Source: an uncultured Gammaproteobacteria bacterium (GTDB taxonomy: Bacteria; Pseudomonadota; Gammaproteobacteria; UBA9214). Taken from it: 64,000 nucleotides of DNA. Both the position numbers and the translations under genes were made by a program. This document shows, one piece after another, positions 45,112-56,453 of the stretch. Positions within the stretch are counted from its first letter, which is position 1; every line of letters begins with the position of its first letter. Where the stretch lies: positions 32,001 through 96,000 of the forward strand of contig CAVYZN010000028.1 of the NCBI GenBank assembly GCA_963773065.1. The letters are read 5' to 3'. Under the pieces are notes generated by a model, which made no database searches, was not told where the DNA came from, and saw only the letters and a list, made by a program, of their open reading frames with translations.

Positions 45112-45560
45112 GAGCAGATAGATCTGGTTACCCGCGAGCGTGCGCGTAGGCACATACTCCAACTGGCTGTCGGTTTTCAGTTCCGCGAACACCCCTTCCT
45201 GCGAACCCGGCCGTTATGGAAGCTGAGGAGCTTGCCGGCCCGCACGCGCTTGTTGGTCACGATGACCTTGAAATAGTAGCCCAGGCGAAGGGGACGAAGA
45301 GGTCGAGCTGCACCGGTTCCTTGGATTGGACCTTGTTTCTCTGGCGAATGAACACAAAGCGGGCGCGCCGTGTCAGGTGCTGGGTTTCCACGCCGCTCAA
45401 AATAGGCGATCCGCCGTTGTGGCGCCACCACTGCCGGCGCGCCTCGATGGGCGCTTGAGTTTGGCGAAGCGCTCAAAGGGCACGCTGATGCTGTATGCAC
45501 CTTGGGCCTCCAGCAAGCGGACGATGTCATCGCTGAAGAAGGCGCTGTCATGCGTGTTTC
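45100..45560 (-). mobile_element. Degenerate IS1380-like DDE transposase fragment
   Basis: Frameshifted translation DSAFFSDDIV...SVPFERF...PVQLDLF...FKVIVTNK...FHNGR..QEGVFAELK...NQIYL. Confidence 0.65.
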
Positions 45561-46214
45561 GATGAGCGCCTGGGGTGCACCGCGCGGATCGCCCGGATGC
45601 ACCGAGGATGAACGCCGGGCACCGTGGAATAGCACATGAAGGGAGATGAAAAAAGATTGCGTTGAGACAGGGTGCAGAACAGCGGATAAAGCTGCGCTGG
45701 CCTCGAGGTAAAGCACGCGCCGGCAAAGCGACGGTGGAGAGCACCGACGTCAAGCCCGCAATGCCTGCAGTCAGACGTGCCAGACGCTACAGGACAGGCA
45801 CGGCAGAGCGGCGCAGCTCTCGGCACTGCAGATCGGTGTTCGCGAGACGGCTCAGGGTCGAGGCTCCGGCAACGGGTAAGCCCAGCCTCGGCGCAACTGC
45901 GGGTCGTCCTGGTAGTAGCGGATAACACGCAGTTCCCGGTAGCTCAGCAGCAAATGCACCACCAGCAGCAACACATCACCCTATGGCCGAAGATCGGGGT
46001 GAGGCGCAGATGTTCAAAACAGCCGCTGAGCTGGCGCAAGTTGCAGACGAGCAAACAGCGCCTGGAAAATAATGAGACCCGAGAACGAGGTGAGCTGTGG
46101 TCTCAAAACTCAGCGCGGGAAGCGGTAGGTACGGTGGGCGGTCAATGACCAAGTGCAAAAAGGCGGCGAGCGCGAAGCGAAGCGGGAGTGAACAACCGGC
46201 GGGACGCGAAGCCA

Positions 46215-46470
46215 GGGAGAGAGGGGGGAGAAAGGAGAGGGAGAAAAGAAGAAAAGAAGGGAAGGAAGAGAGAGAGAAGGAGGGGAGAGAAGTAGAGAGA
46301 AGAGAAGGGGGAGAGGAAGGGAAGAGAAAAAAGGAGAGAGAGAGAGAGAGAGAAAAAGGGAAGAAGAGAAAGAAGGGAGAGAGAAAGAGGGGAAAGAAAG
46401 AGAGAAAGGAAGGAAGGAGGGAAGAAGAGAAAAGGGGAGCAAAGGAGAAAGCGGGAGGGGCGCGCGAGAG
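46215..46470. other. Purine-only (GA) low-complexity tract, probable basecalling artefact
   Basis: ~250 nt almost entirely G/A with no periodic unit, in a region lacking coherent ORFs. Confidence 0.7.
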
Positions 46471-46634
46471 ACGCCAGGCGGGCAAGTCGCCGCGAGAGGC
46501 GGGCGCGAACGACCGTCAGGGACGTCCCGCCGGCGGCCCGCGCGCGCGGGCGGCGCGGCAGACGAAGCGCAGCAGCAAAGGGGAAGAGGGGTGGCTTGAG
46601 CGGGTGTGGGTTCGTGAAACGGTGTAATTTTTCG

Positions 46635-47693
46635 TCACTGCCAGTCGGCGATGAAGATGTTGGTCTCCCCTTTCACCTTGCCGTTGCGGTTGGAGGCGAA
46701 CACCAGGTGCTTGCCGTCGTGGGAAAACATGGGGAAGCCGTCGAAGCCTTCATAGTACGTGATGCGCTCGATCGCGCGGGTATCGATGTCGATCAGGTAC
46801 AGGTCGAAGTTGCGCCCCTGCGGGTCATCCCTGTTGGAGGCGAAGATGATGTGGCGCCCGTCGGGGTGCCAGTAGGGACCGAAGTTGGCGGCGCCGTTGT
46901 CGGTGAGCCGGATCGGTTTGCGCGCGTCGAGGTTCATGATGTAGAGCTCGAGTTTGCCGGGGCGGATCAGACCCTGTCTGCAGCAGCGCCCGGTAATCCT
47001 CGAGATCCTGGCCCGTCGGCCGGGAGGCGCGCCACACGATCCACTTGCCGTCCAGGGAGAAAAACGCCCCGCCGTCGTAACCGGGGGTGTCGGTCAATTG
47101 CTCCACGCCGCTGCCGTCCGGGTTCATCAGGTACAACTCCAGGTCGCCGCTGCGCACCGAGGTGAAGAGGATCTTATCGCCCTGCGGTGAATACACGTCC
47201 TCGGCGTCGTAACCGTCGGTGGTGGTCAACGGGTACCGGGTGCTCGCCGTTCGGCCCCGCGCGGAAGATGTCGTAATCCTTGTACAGCGGCCAGACGTAA
47301 CCCTGCGAGTAATCCGGCTTCGGCGGGCAGTGATCCTGGTGACCGGTGGGTCGAGGCATAGATGATCGACTGGTTGTCCGGTGCGATGAAGGAACAGGTG
47401 GTCACGCCGCGGCCGGAGGAGACCCGGCGCACGTTGCTGCCGTCGGCGTTCATGCGGAAGATGGCATCGCAAGCCAGCCCGTCGCGCGTCGACTGGAAGA
47501 TCAGCTCCCGCCCGTCATGGGAAAAATACGCCTCCGCGTTCTCGCCGCCGAAGGTGAGCTGGCGCAGATTCTTGAAATGGGTCTCACCGGGCAAGACCAG
47601 GCCATCCGGGTCCGGCGGCGACGCGGCGTCGGCCCACCCACGGCCTGTTACGAAGAGCAGCACCAGGGCCGTGAGATAAAGGCGTCTGTTCAT
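46635..47693 (-). CDS. TolB-like PD40 beta-propeller periplasmic protein (several frameshifts)
   Basis: QLTFGGENAEAYFS, GYDAE, GYDGGAFFS and FDGFPMFSHDGK repeats across three frames; signal peptide. Confidence 0.85.
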
Positions 47694-47722
47694 GGTCATT
47701 CGATAACTCCTGCCGGATACCC

Positions 47723-50700
47723 TCAACGTGCGATCACCCGGGTAGTGGTCTGGTATTCTTCGCCCTTGCGCCGATAGCGGATGCCGACCTCATCGCCCGG
47801 CTGCAGTTGCTTCAGTGCCTGAGCGTACTCGCGCAGGTTGTTGACCGGCGTCCCGTTCAGTTCGACGATGATATCGCCCGGCCGCAGACCGGCCTGCGCG
47901 GCCGGGGTGCCGGCCCGCACCCCGTCGAGGCGCACGCCCTCTCCGTTCCAGGTGTAGTCCGGCAGCGTCCCCAGACTCACCCGGCGCAGCGGCGTGGTAT
48001 CGGGCGCGGCGGCGAGCGGTGGCCCGGCGAGCGTGGTCGCGGTGAGGGGCCGCGGGCGGTCGGCGAGATAGTCGACCGTCTCCTTCAGCACCTGCGCGAC
48101 CTTGACCATGCCGGCCGTGTCGATCTTGTCCAGCGTATCACCGGGACGGTGGAAGTCCGCGTGCGCGCCGCTGAAGAACTGCACGGCCGGCACGCCGGCG
48201 GCGATGAAGCTGGTCTGGTCGCCGGAGCCGATGTCATCGGCCACCGCGTTGACTGCAACGCCGGTGACGTAGCCCGCCCCGCGCAGGATGTCCACCCATT
48301 CCTCCGCCGTGCCCGTGGCCAACACCGTCAGCGGACGCTCGCCCAGGCGCCCGACGGTATCCAGGTTGACCATGGCGATCATCCGCTCGAGCGGGTAGGC
48401 GCCGGCCTGCTGCAGGTAGTGCCGCGAACCCAGCCGCCCGGCTTCCTCGCCGGTGAAGGCGACGAAGACGAGGCTGCGCGGGTGAGGCTTGCCGGCCAGG
48501 GTCCGCGCCAGCTCCAGCAGCACCGCGACCCCGCTGGCGTTGTCATCGGCGCCGGGGTGGACCTGGCCGCGGTCCTCGGTCTGCCCCCCGTACTCGCCCA
48601 GGCCAAGGTGATCGTAGTGCGCGCCGATCACCAGACTTTCACCGGCCCGCCGCGGGTCGGTGCCGGGGAGCACGGCGATGACGTTGCGCAGGGTCACCGT
48701 CCTGTCCAGTTCCGCCACCCGCTCCTCCCAGGTCTGCAGGAAGGTGCCGCCGTCGCCGCCCGGCTGCAGGCCGGCGTCGCGAAAGCGGTCCGCGATGTAC
48801 GCCGCGGCCCGGTCCAGTTCGGCCGTGCCCAGTCCGCGTCCCCGCATGGCCGGCGCCGCCAGCACGCCCAGGTCAGTCTGCAGGCGGCTGGTTGAAAACA
48901 CGCTCGGCGGGGCGACCAGGGGGGCGCGCGGCGCGAGGCGCATTTCACCAGCCACGCCCGTCACACCCGTTTCCTGAACCAGCGTGACCGACAGGGGTGA
49001 GTGCACCACCGGCCATTGCCCCTTGAGCACATTGTCGGGTTCGTCACCGGTGAAGGCGAGATAGCTGTAGCGTCCGTAGTGCGGCAGCTTGCGGCCGAGT
49101 CCCGGCAGCGCCTCCGCCCGGTCGGCGGCCAGCCAGCCGAGCGCCTGATCGGGATTGGCGGGATGGCGCGCCATGACCACCACGGCATGGGTGGCGCGAT
49201 CGAGCGGCGTGCCGGCGATCGTCACCGCATCGCCCTGGTCGCCGAAGGCATAGTCCGCGAGCGCCGCGTCGAATCCGGGGCCGGAAGCGGTTGCTCCAGC
49301 CGAACAGCCAGACCGCGCGGTCAGCCGGCAGCCGCTCAAGTTCATCGTCAGAGACGATGGTGAACCGGTCCGGGTTGCCCGCCTTCCAGTCCGCGGCCAG
49401 TTCGGCATAGGCGGCGCGCAGCGGTTCGGGGGCCGTTGAGGGCAGCACGATCATCACCTGCCCCGCGCCCAGCGCCTGGCTGATGGCCGGGGGGATCTCG
49501 TTGCGGTCCAGGCGCCGGAACACGTCGAACTCCGGGTCGACGATCAACCGCAGCGGCCGGGCCGGCAGCTTCAGTTCCAGTGCTTTCTGTTTACCCTCAA
49601 GCTCCACCACGCTCTGCCAGGCACTCCTCCCGGCCTTCCAACTGGACGGCAACCGGCACCCGCAGCGCGTAGGCTTCTCCCTCCTGCACCTGTTCGATCC
49701 GTGCGGCAAGCACATAGCCTTGACCCTCAGGCCGGAGCAGCGTACCTGGGCGACGCGCAACTGCGGCGCGCCGCCGCGCTTCACCCACTGATCGAAAAAG
49801 GCAGTGAGCGGCTGCCCGCTCACCCGGCTGAATACCGCCTCGACATCGGCAAAACCGGCGTCCCTGAAACGGTACTGCTCATACAGGGTCCGCAGTCCCT
49901 GGATGAAAGTCTCATCGCCCAGCCGCTGGCGCAGCATGTGGAACAGCATCAGCGCCTTGCCGTAACCGACGGCCTCGGTCGCGGCGCTGTGGCGGCTGTG
50001 AAACGCCGTGAGGGGAAAATCCTGCTGTTCACGCACGTAGTCGGCGTAGTTCTGCAACACGCCGCGCCGGTAGTCGGTTCCCTCGCCGCGCTGCTCCTTG
50101 ATCAGGTGATCGGCCAGATAGCTGGTCAAGCCCTCGGACCAGTTGCCGCTGGCATAATCGACGTAGACGCCGTTGCCCCACCAGTTGTGCAGGATCTCGT
50201 GGGGATAGGAGGAATGCAGGATGAACGGCAGGCGGATGACCTTCGGCCCGAGCAGGGTGAACGAGGGCATGCCGTAGCCGGTCTCCCAGAAGTTTTCCAC
50301 CAGGGCGAACTTCGCATAGGGGTAAGGCCCGATCAGTCCGCTGTAAAGGCGGATATACTCGGCGGTCGCATCGAGGTACGGCTGGGCCAGCGCCGCATCG
50401 GGTTCGCGCAACAGGACCATGGCCTGCACACCGTCCGTGGACTGCGCGTATTCGCTGAAGCGGCCGGCGATGAGGTAGATCTCTTCCTGGGGATGAGGGC
50501 AGCGCCACTGTTCCTGCGTGTGCGTTTCACCGGCTGCATGCGTCAGGCGCTCACCCTGGGTCATGCCGGTCCAGCCCGGCGGCAGGCTGAGATCGAGGTC
50601 GAAGGTCAGCCGTTCTCCCGCCACCTGCGGATACCAGTAACTCTCGGCGGCGAGAAACACGCCCTCCCCGTCGATCATGCCGGCGGTCTCGCGGAAGCCG

Positions 50701-51143
50701 CGCGCGTAGTCCTCGCCCTGCTGGCGCAGCGCATGTTGGATGCGGCCCCGGTAGCGCAGCACGAAGCGGTCCTGCCCGGCCGGCAACAGCACGCGGTAGC
50801 GGCGCGGCGTCACATCCGCGACTTCAGCCGCCGTATTCGAAGCCGGTTGTTTATCCGCGGCCGGCGCAGCCAACGCCTCCAGGCGCACCCCTTCGCCTAC
50901 TATCTCGGGCGCCAGATCCGGATGCAGTTCGAATTCCAGCGTCGCGGAAGCGGCGGCCGGGCGGGTGATGGTGTCGATCACCTCGATGGCATGCTGCTCC
51001 GGCCGCACCACTACCTCCAGCGCGTGGTGCAGGTCCGCCCATGCCGGCAGCGGCAGCAACACCCGGAACAGCAGCGCCCACCGTGCGCAGCCGAGAGATA
51101 TGCGATAAACGCCAGGTCGCCGGGATGATGCAGTTTTACTCAT
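47723..51143 (-). CDS. Fused M1 aminopeptidase + M28 peptidase + PDZ exported protein (frameshifts near 49740, 49625 and 49280)
   Basis: GYGMPS, HEILHNWWGN...SEG (M1); GAHYDH, GADDNASG, GEEAG, NLD and FHRPGD (M28); C-terminal PDZ GTPAAQAGLRPGDII. Confidence 0.85.
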
Positions 51144-51328
51144 GCGTTGTGATTCAATCTTGCCCTGACAGATAGGGAATCCTCATTCAGAAGGACCGAT
51201 TATATCCGGATCACGGCAGTGACGATCATTGGATTTCATGAAGGCTCGTGTAAAAAACGCGGATGGTGCAGCGTCCGCTCCCTGACCCTTATAAGTCAGG
51301 ACAGGAATTGTTCCGGTGGACTGGAAGT

Positions 51329-51480
51329 CTATCTCCAGAAATCCTTCGAGAAGAGCAACAATAACGGGAATACCTCGAGACGCCCGAGGAGCATGGCCAG
51401 AGATAACATCCATGTCGCGGGATCGTTGAGCCCCCAAAGGTCGTGGCCGTCTCGCCCAGTCCCAGCCCCATATTGTTGAG
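51329..51480 (-). pseudogene. C-terminal remnant of a TrkH potassium-uptake gene
   Basis: NNMGLGLG...LNDPATWMLSLAMLLGRLEVFPLLLLFSKDFWR across a frameshift; no upstream body. Confidence 0.75.
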
Positions 51481-51674
51481 GCACCCGGCTACGGAACCGA
51501 AGCGGTAACCAGGTCGAAATCCCGATACCAGATTCCCGGTGCAGAATCCGGCCCAGTAAGCGAGGTGTGGATACCCAAGCGAACACTCGTTTGCGACTAG
51601 GCATTCGAGTCAATGCGATGCTGCCGGCACCTGCGCGTCGATTGCCCGGAGACAGGTTGATTTGTTCTCAGCGT

Positions 51675-51804
51675 GTCATTCCCGCGCGGCGGGCCTGACC
51701 ACGTGAAAACGTGGGCGGGAATCCGGAAATGCGAGGAAGCTTTCCCCTACTCCCGATTACTGCAGTCGTGCATCCCTGCTCTCGTACGCTTCTGCCGGAA
51801 TGAC
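51675..51804. repeat. Composite GTCATTCCCGCG...GGAATGAC palindromic repeat with internal insertions
   Basis: GTCATTCCCGCGCGGCGGG...GGCGGGAATCC and terminal CCGGAATGAC; a similar head GTCATTCCCGCGC occurs at 40539. Confidence 0.65.
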
Positions 51805-52616
51805 AAATTATGCAGAAGTTTCTTGGGATCATACGCCAAGATACGCGCCAGGAATCGTGCAAACAGCCCCCTGTTGCACTGCGTCCCATCGGCGTTCCAC
51901 CGGGTTAATGCCAGACTGATGTTATCCCCCTTGGGTCCACCGCGTTCCCTGGCCATTTCCACGAGATGCGTTGCATCATCTTTTTCGATAGGTAGTTTAT
52001 CGAGACTCCCGACCACCTCTTCCGGTGCAACGCAGGCCCAGAACCCGTCGCTGCAGAGCATGAAGATGTCGTCCGCTTCCACCTCGGCGGCGCCAAAATC
52101 AGGTTCAGGGTTATCGTTCCCGCCCAGACGCATATAGAGTTGGTTCTGCAGCGCGCTAATGGCCACGTCCGTTTCCTGGATGCGTCCCTGCGCCACCATA
52201 AGCTGTGCAACGGAATGATCCCGAGTCCGGTTGAGTAGCATACCGTTACGGAAGTGGTACAGGCGGCTGTCCCCTACATGGGCCCAGTAGGCTTCCGGGC
52301 CGCTCAGATACAGCACTACACAGGTGCTCCCGGGAGAACGCTCCTCATTTCCTCCAAGCTCACTGATCGCCTGGTGGGACTCGAGACAAAGATCTTCAAG
52401 AAATGTCCGGGGATCGGAAATCGGGCCAGTGTTGAAATGGCGTTTGGCGGTCTCGATTACTGTCCGGGCCGCCAGGGCGCCGTCCCGGTGCCCCCCCATG
52501 CCATCGGCGACTACGACCAAATGAGTATGGCCGTCATCCGAACTCAGCCTTTCCATGCAGTCCTGTTGTTCGGTGCGCCCGCCTATGTCCGAGGCCATAC
52601 TAAATTGCCATGGCAT
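51747..52616 (-). CDS. PP2C-family Ser/Thr protein phosphatase
   Basis: GGRTEQQD, VADGMGGH, HVGDSRLY, LCSDG and GDNIS motifs. Confidence 0.93.
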   Translation of the reverse strand: MPWQFSMASDIGGRTEQQDCMERLSSDDGHTHLVVVADGMGGHRDGALAARTVIETAKRHFNTGPISDPRTFLEDLCLESHQAISELGGNEERSPGSTCVVLYLSGPEAYWAHVGDSRLYHFRNGMLLNRTRDHSVAQLMVAQGRIQETDVAISALQNQLYMRLGGNDNPEPDFGAAEVEADDIFMLCSDGFWACVAPEEVVGSLDKLPIEKDDATHLVEMARERGGPKGDNISLALTRWNADGTQCNRGLFARFLARILAYDPKKLLHNLSFRQKRTRAGMHDCSNRE

Positions 52617-52706
52617 GATTTATCCTTCCTCGTCGCTTCTGATGCACTGTAGTCGCATTAAACCCTGAACAGGAACTCGATGTTGCCAGAGACCTGCACG
52701 GGGGCA

Positions 52707-54095
52707 TCATTTGAATGCAGCGCTTTTTTGAAGTTCCAGCAGCCGTTTGTTTTGCGGATCCACCTTCAACCCGATATGCAGATAATCTTTCGCTTTCCCG
52801 TATTCGACCATGTCGAGCGCCCATACCACGAGATCAGCATAGATTTCACCTATCCTGGCCACCCCCTTCAGCGCTTCCTCGTTATCCGGATCCTCTTTCA
52901 GGACCAGTTGATAATAGTAATAAGCATTGTCGCGCTCCGGCTCTGTGTAACGAAGTTTTTCCAGCGCATGTTTGGCCTGCAGCAGGTACCCCTCAAGTTG
53001 CGGTGCTGATTCCTCCTTTAAATTCGGCGCAGCCTTCTGTTCCGTCATCCCTGAACCGGCTCCAATAAAAGTTTTCTCTACCGCCGTCATCATCAATGGC
53101 AATGTCTCGTGGAATACCAGGGCAATAACCAGCAGTATGGTCATCGCCGCCGCGATGCGCATGCTGTGCTCGTCAAGAAGTAGTGCATTGATCTTCTTGA
53201 ACGCGAGTCGTGTGCCGCTTATGGCGTTTCCTAACACCGATTCCTTCGGCATGTGCACGTCATGCACGGCCCCCGTGATCTTGGCTGCCTTGGCAACCGC
53301 CGGTCCGCCATGCCGGAGTTCCTTGATATATTCGACCATCTCCCCGGCCGTGGCGAAGCGATCATCCGGATCCTTGGCGATCATCCGGTCGATGAGTTCC
53401 TGATAACGACTTAGCTCAGGCGGCAGGGAAGGAATGGGATCGGTCAGGTGCGCAATGATGATCTGAATGTCGGAGTCACCCTGATAGGGTTTTTTACCTG
53501 TAAGCATTTCATACAGGATGATGCCGAGCGAATAGATATCGGCACGTCCGTCCAGCGGCTTGCACTCGGCCTGTTCCGGGCTGATATAGTAGGGGCTGCC
53601 CAGCGCAGTGCCGTCCTTGGTCAGCCTGCTGTCAGCCTCGGTTTGCTTGGCCACGCCGAAATCGGTGAGCACCGGGGTTCCATTCCGGCGGAACAGGATG
53701 TTTGCCGGCTTGATGTCGCGGTGAATGATGTCTTTTCTGTGCACATATTCCAGGCAACCGCCGATCGCCTCCACCAGGTCGAGGGCCGTCTCAACGCTGA
53801 TCCCCTTGTGAATCCGGTCCTCGAGATCGCCGCCCTCCAGATATTCCATGGTGAAGTAGTGTCGCTCGCCAAAGACGCCGATATCGTAGATGGTAATGAT
53901 ATTGTGATGATTCAGGGATGCGATAATCCGGCCCTCGTTGACAAAGCGGGCGGACTGGAAGACATCGGTGAACTTTTTTGGCAACTTCAGAACTACACGT
54001 CGTTCCAGGGATTCCTGAACGGCCAGATAGACGGAGGCCATGCCTCCCTCGGCAATAGGCCGCAGTATCTTGTAGCCTGGTATCCTCAACGTCAT
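52707..54095 (-). CDS. Hanks-type Ser/Thr kinase with TM and TPR-like tail
   Basis: GGMASVY, HRDIKPANIL, DFG, GSPYYISPE and DIYSLG motifs; TM segment near residue 320. Confidence 0.94.
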   Translation of the reverse strand: MTLRIPGYKILRPIAEGGMASVYLAVQESLERRVVLKLPKKFTDVFQSARFVNEGRIIASLNHHNIITIYDIGVFGERHYFTMEYLEGGDLEDRIHKGISVETALDLVEAIGGCLEYVHRKDIIHRDIKPANILFRRNGTPVLTDFGVAKQTEADSRLTKDGTALGSPYYISPEQAECKPLDGRADIYSLGIILYEMLTGKKPYQGDSDIQIIIAHLTDPIPSLPPELSRYQELIDRMIAKDPDDRFATAGEMVEYIKELRHGGPAVAKAAKITGAVHDVHMPKESVLGNAISGTRLAFKKINALLLDEHSMRIAAAMTILLVIALVFHETLPLMMTAVEKTFIGAGSGMTEQKAAPNLKEESAPQLEGYLLQAKHALEKLRYTEPERDNAYYYYQLVLKEDPDNEEALKGVARIGEIYADLVVWALDMVEYGKAKDYLHIGLKVDPQNKRLLELQKSAAFK

Positions 54096-54823
54096 GGTTT
54101 ATGACTTTTCTGCCGGTCGGTTTCTGCCGGTCGGTTATAGAACATCAGGGATAATCCACGCACGGTGAGTCTATCGCTATCCTCCAGTTTCATCGGCGCG
54201 GAGACAGGCATGCCGTTGACCCGGACTCTTCCGCGCATCTCAGGAATAATATAAAACCCATCGTTTTTACATACGACCCTGGCCGCCACACGCGGCGCAA
54301 ACCAGCTCGAGGTATTAATATCGGAATCCTTGGCTTTTCCTATCTTGAAATTCAACTTGGTCAGTGGATACCGGGAACGTCTGTGCTCCACGCCCGTTAA
54401 CAAAAGATAGGCTGCATACTTCGCCTGGCGTTGTTTGATCAACTCACCAAGATTGGATACGTCGACCGCCATGGTTGCGCCCTGAACCACTTGCTGGGTG
54501 TCATTGCTTGACGTATGTGGCGATGTCACCTGCGCGTCCGTGTTGGTGAGTTTCAGGATGTGCTTGGAGATCACCACCTCGTCACCATCGGACAGCAACT
54601 GGCGGGAAACACGCTTGCCGTTGACGAAGGTACCGTTCATGCTTGCGGTATCCTCGATTATAAAAACTTCCCCCTCCTTGACGATCTTCGCGTGATGCGC
54701 CGATACGCCCGCATTATCAATCTTGATATCGCTGTCGGTACTGCGTCCGATCGTGGTCACGTCGGAACGCAACTCCACTTCGTCCTTCAGCAAGTCTCTA
54801 TAAAATACCTGGATGTGAGCCAT
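54092..54823 (-). CDS. Double FHA-domain protein
   Basis: TIGRS..SDI.ID...VSAHHA...SMNGTFVNG and a second degenerate FHA (KIGK...VRVNG). Confidence 0.9.
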   Translation of the reverse strand: MAHIQVFYRDLLKDEVELRSDVTTIGRSTDSDIKIDNAGVSAHHAKIVKEGEVFIIEDTASMNGTFVNGKRVSRQLLSDGDEVVISKHILKLTNTDAQVTSPHTSSNDTQQVVQGATMAVDVSNLGELIKQRQAKYAAYLLLTGVEHRRSRYPLTKLNFKIGKAKDSDINTSSWFAPRVAARVVCKNDGFYIIPEMRGRVRVNGMPVSAPMKLEDSDRLTVRGLSLMFYNRPAETDRQKSHKP

Positions 54824-55137
54824 CTCTAGTCCCCTGCCCGAAAGTCATGCCATGCATCAGCCTGGTAATACTGTTCCTGGATTACTCCTTCAACATCTTC
54901 GTCCCGGCGGAACCAATGCCAGGAATGCGGGCATCGCCATTGGACCGCCACGCAAGCCTATCCTGGATATTCATATCCTTGAAGTTCTACAAACCGGTCC
55001 GTAAATAAGTTTTCACCAACAATATCGACCGTGTTGTGGGCAACCTGAGTGATAGGGGCAACCCGATTGGGCTGTGGGCGGATATGTGCTCTGTCGGATC
55101 ACTTCCGACCTGCTGCGACACAGACGCTGGCCAGGCC

Positions 55138-56331
55138 CTAACGCAGCATGATTTCGTAGCTCAACTCCTGCGGTGGCAGGAACCAGTGCTCGCGGCGAAC
55201 CTTGATACTGATACGCTCACCCGGCCGCTTGTCCCAGGTCACGGCGCGCAGGTCCGCGAGATCGGCGACGGCCTCGCCATTGATGGCGACAATCAGGTCG
55301 CCGCGCCGCAATCCGGCCAGCATGCAGGGGCTGTCCGGGAGGCACTGGCCGATCAAGAGTTTGCCTTCATCCTCTTCAAGAAGCGCGCCGAACTTCCCGG
55401 CCGGTGGCAATGACTGCTCCTGCGGCAACAACAGGAAATCCGCCAGTCCCGGCTCCAGTTCGCCATCCCAGTCGTTGAGGACGATGGCGCTATCCGCATC
55501 GAGGCGGCGCGTGAGCCGCCGGGGTATGCCGCTGCCATAGGCGAGATGCTCCACGCCGGCGAGCACCACCATCATGTAGTCCGGATGGGTGCGCAGGTAA
55601 TCCGCGGCGCGTTCCGCCATGCCCTCGTCCCAGAGGAGCTGCACCTCGATGAAATTTTCGAAGCCGTGCCCGTCCACACCGGGGTGATACTCGAACACCT
55701 TGCGCAGGCGCTCCGCATACGCCGCATCGGAACGATCGATTTCATCGGGCAGCCGCTCCCGCTCCGCCGCCGTCAGCCCCGTCACCCCCTCGCGCCCGAC
55801 CTTGCTGGTCAGCTCGACCGGCAGGTTCAGAGCCACCACCGGCAAATGGTTCTCGCGCGCATACTCAAGGATCGGGGCGTAAAGGCGGAAATCATAGCGC
55901 CAGCGCCGGTAGTATTCGGTGCCGCGCAGCAGTTGTTTTTCGTCCACCCGGCCCGCGACATAGTCGTCAAGGATACCCTGGAAGGGTTGCTGGAAGGCCT
56001 CCATGCCGATCGCCAGACGCGGGTGCACGGCGTGCAGCCGGCGGATGATTTCCAGCTCCATCAGATGGTGGTCGTAGCGGTCGTGGGTCTCTCCCACCAG
56101 GACCACGCGCTTGCCGGCCAGCACGGGAATAATGCCCTCCAGATTCGTCGTGGCTTTGAGATCCAGCGCCGTGGTAAGCGCCGGCGGTTGCCGGACAGGC
56201 GGTGCCTCGGTTACCGGTGCAGCGGCGCCGTGTCCCGTCATGTGCGGCTCCACCTGGCCATGCGGCAGGCCGGTCGCGCAACCGGTTACGATGGCCGGCA
56301 ACAGCAATACCGCAGCCCCCGGCGGAGACAT
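55138..56331 (-). CDS. ChaN-family (heme-uptake-like) lipoprotein with C-terminal PDZ
   Basis: Lipobox VTGC, VGETHD..DHH, GMEAF, QLLWDEGMA, AG..H and PDZ GLRRGDLIVAING. Confidence 0.85.
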   Translation of the reverse strand: MSPPGAAVLLLPAIVTGCATGLPHGQVEPHMTGHGAAAPVTEAPPVRQPPALTTALDLKATTNLEGIIPVLAGKRVVLVGETHDRYDHHLMELEIIRRLHAVHPRLAIGMEAFQQPFQGILDDYVAGRVDEKQLLRGTEYYRRWRYDFRLYAPILEYARENHLPVVALNLPVELTSKVGREGVTGLTAAERERLPDEIDRSDAAYAERLRKVFEYHPGVDGHGFENFIEVQLLWDEGMAERAADYLRTHPDYMMVVLAGVEHLAYGSGIPRRLTRRLDADSAIVLNDWDGELEPGLADFLLLPQEQSLPPAGKFGALLEEDEGKLLIGQCLPDSPCMLAGLRRGDLIVAINGEAVADLADLRAVTWDKRPGERISIKVRREHWFLPPQELSYEIMLR

Positions 56332-56453
56332 GAAGCCGGACCATACGAGCGTGTGTGAGTCAATGGCTGCAACATAGTTCTGTATTTTCGGGCAAACCCT
56401 AGTTGATAGTGGACAATGCGCGAGTCAAGGAAGTTCGCCGGCACGAACCTGAT

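Noticed and set aside
45976-46627. Lys/Glu/Arg-rich and Ser/Leu/Phe-rich ORFs
   Set aside because: These are translations of a GA-only low-complexity tract, most likely a basecalling artefact
51747-54823. Type VI secretion locus
   Set aside because: Only regulatory kinase, phosphatase and FHA genes; no tss/hcp/vgrG genes in the window
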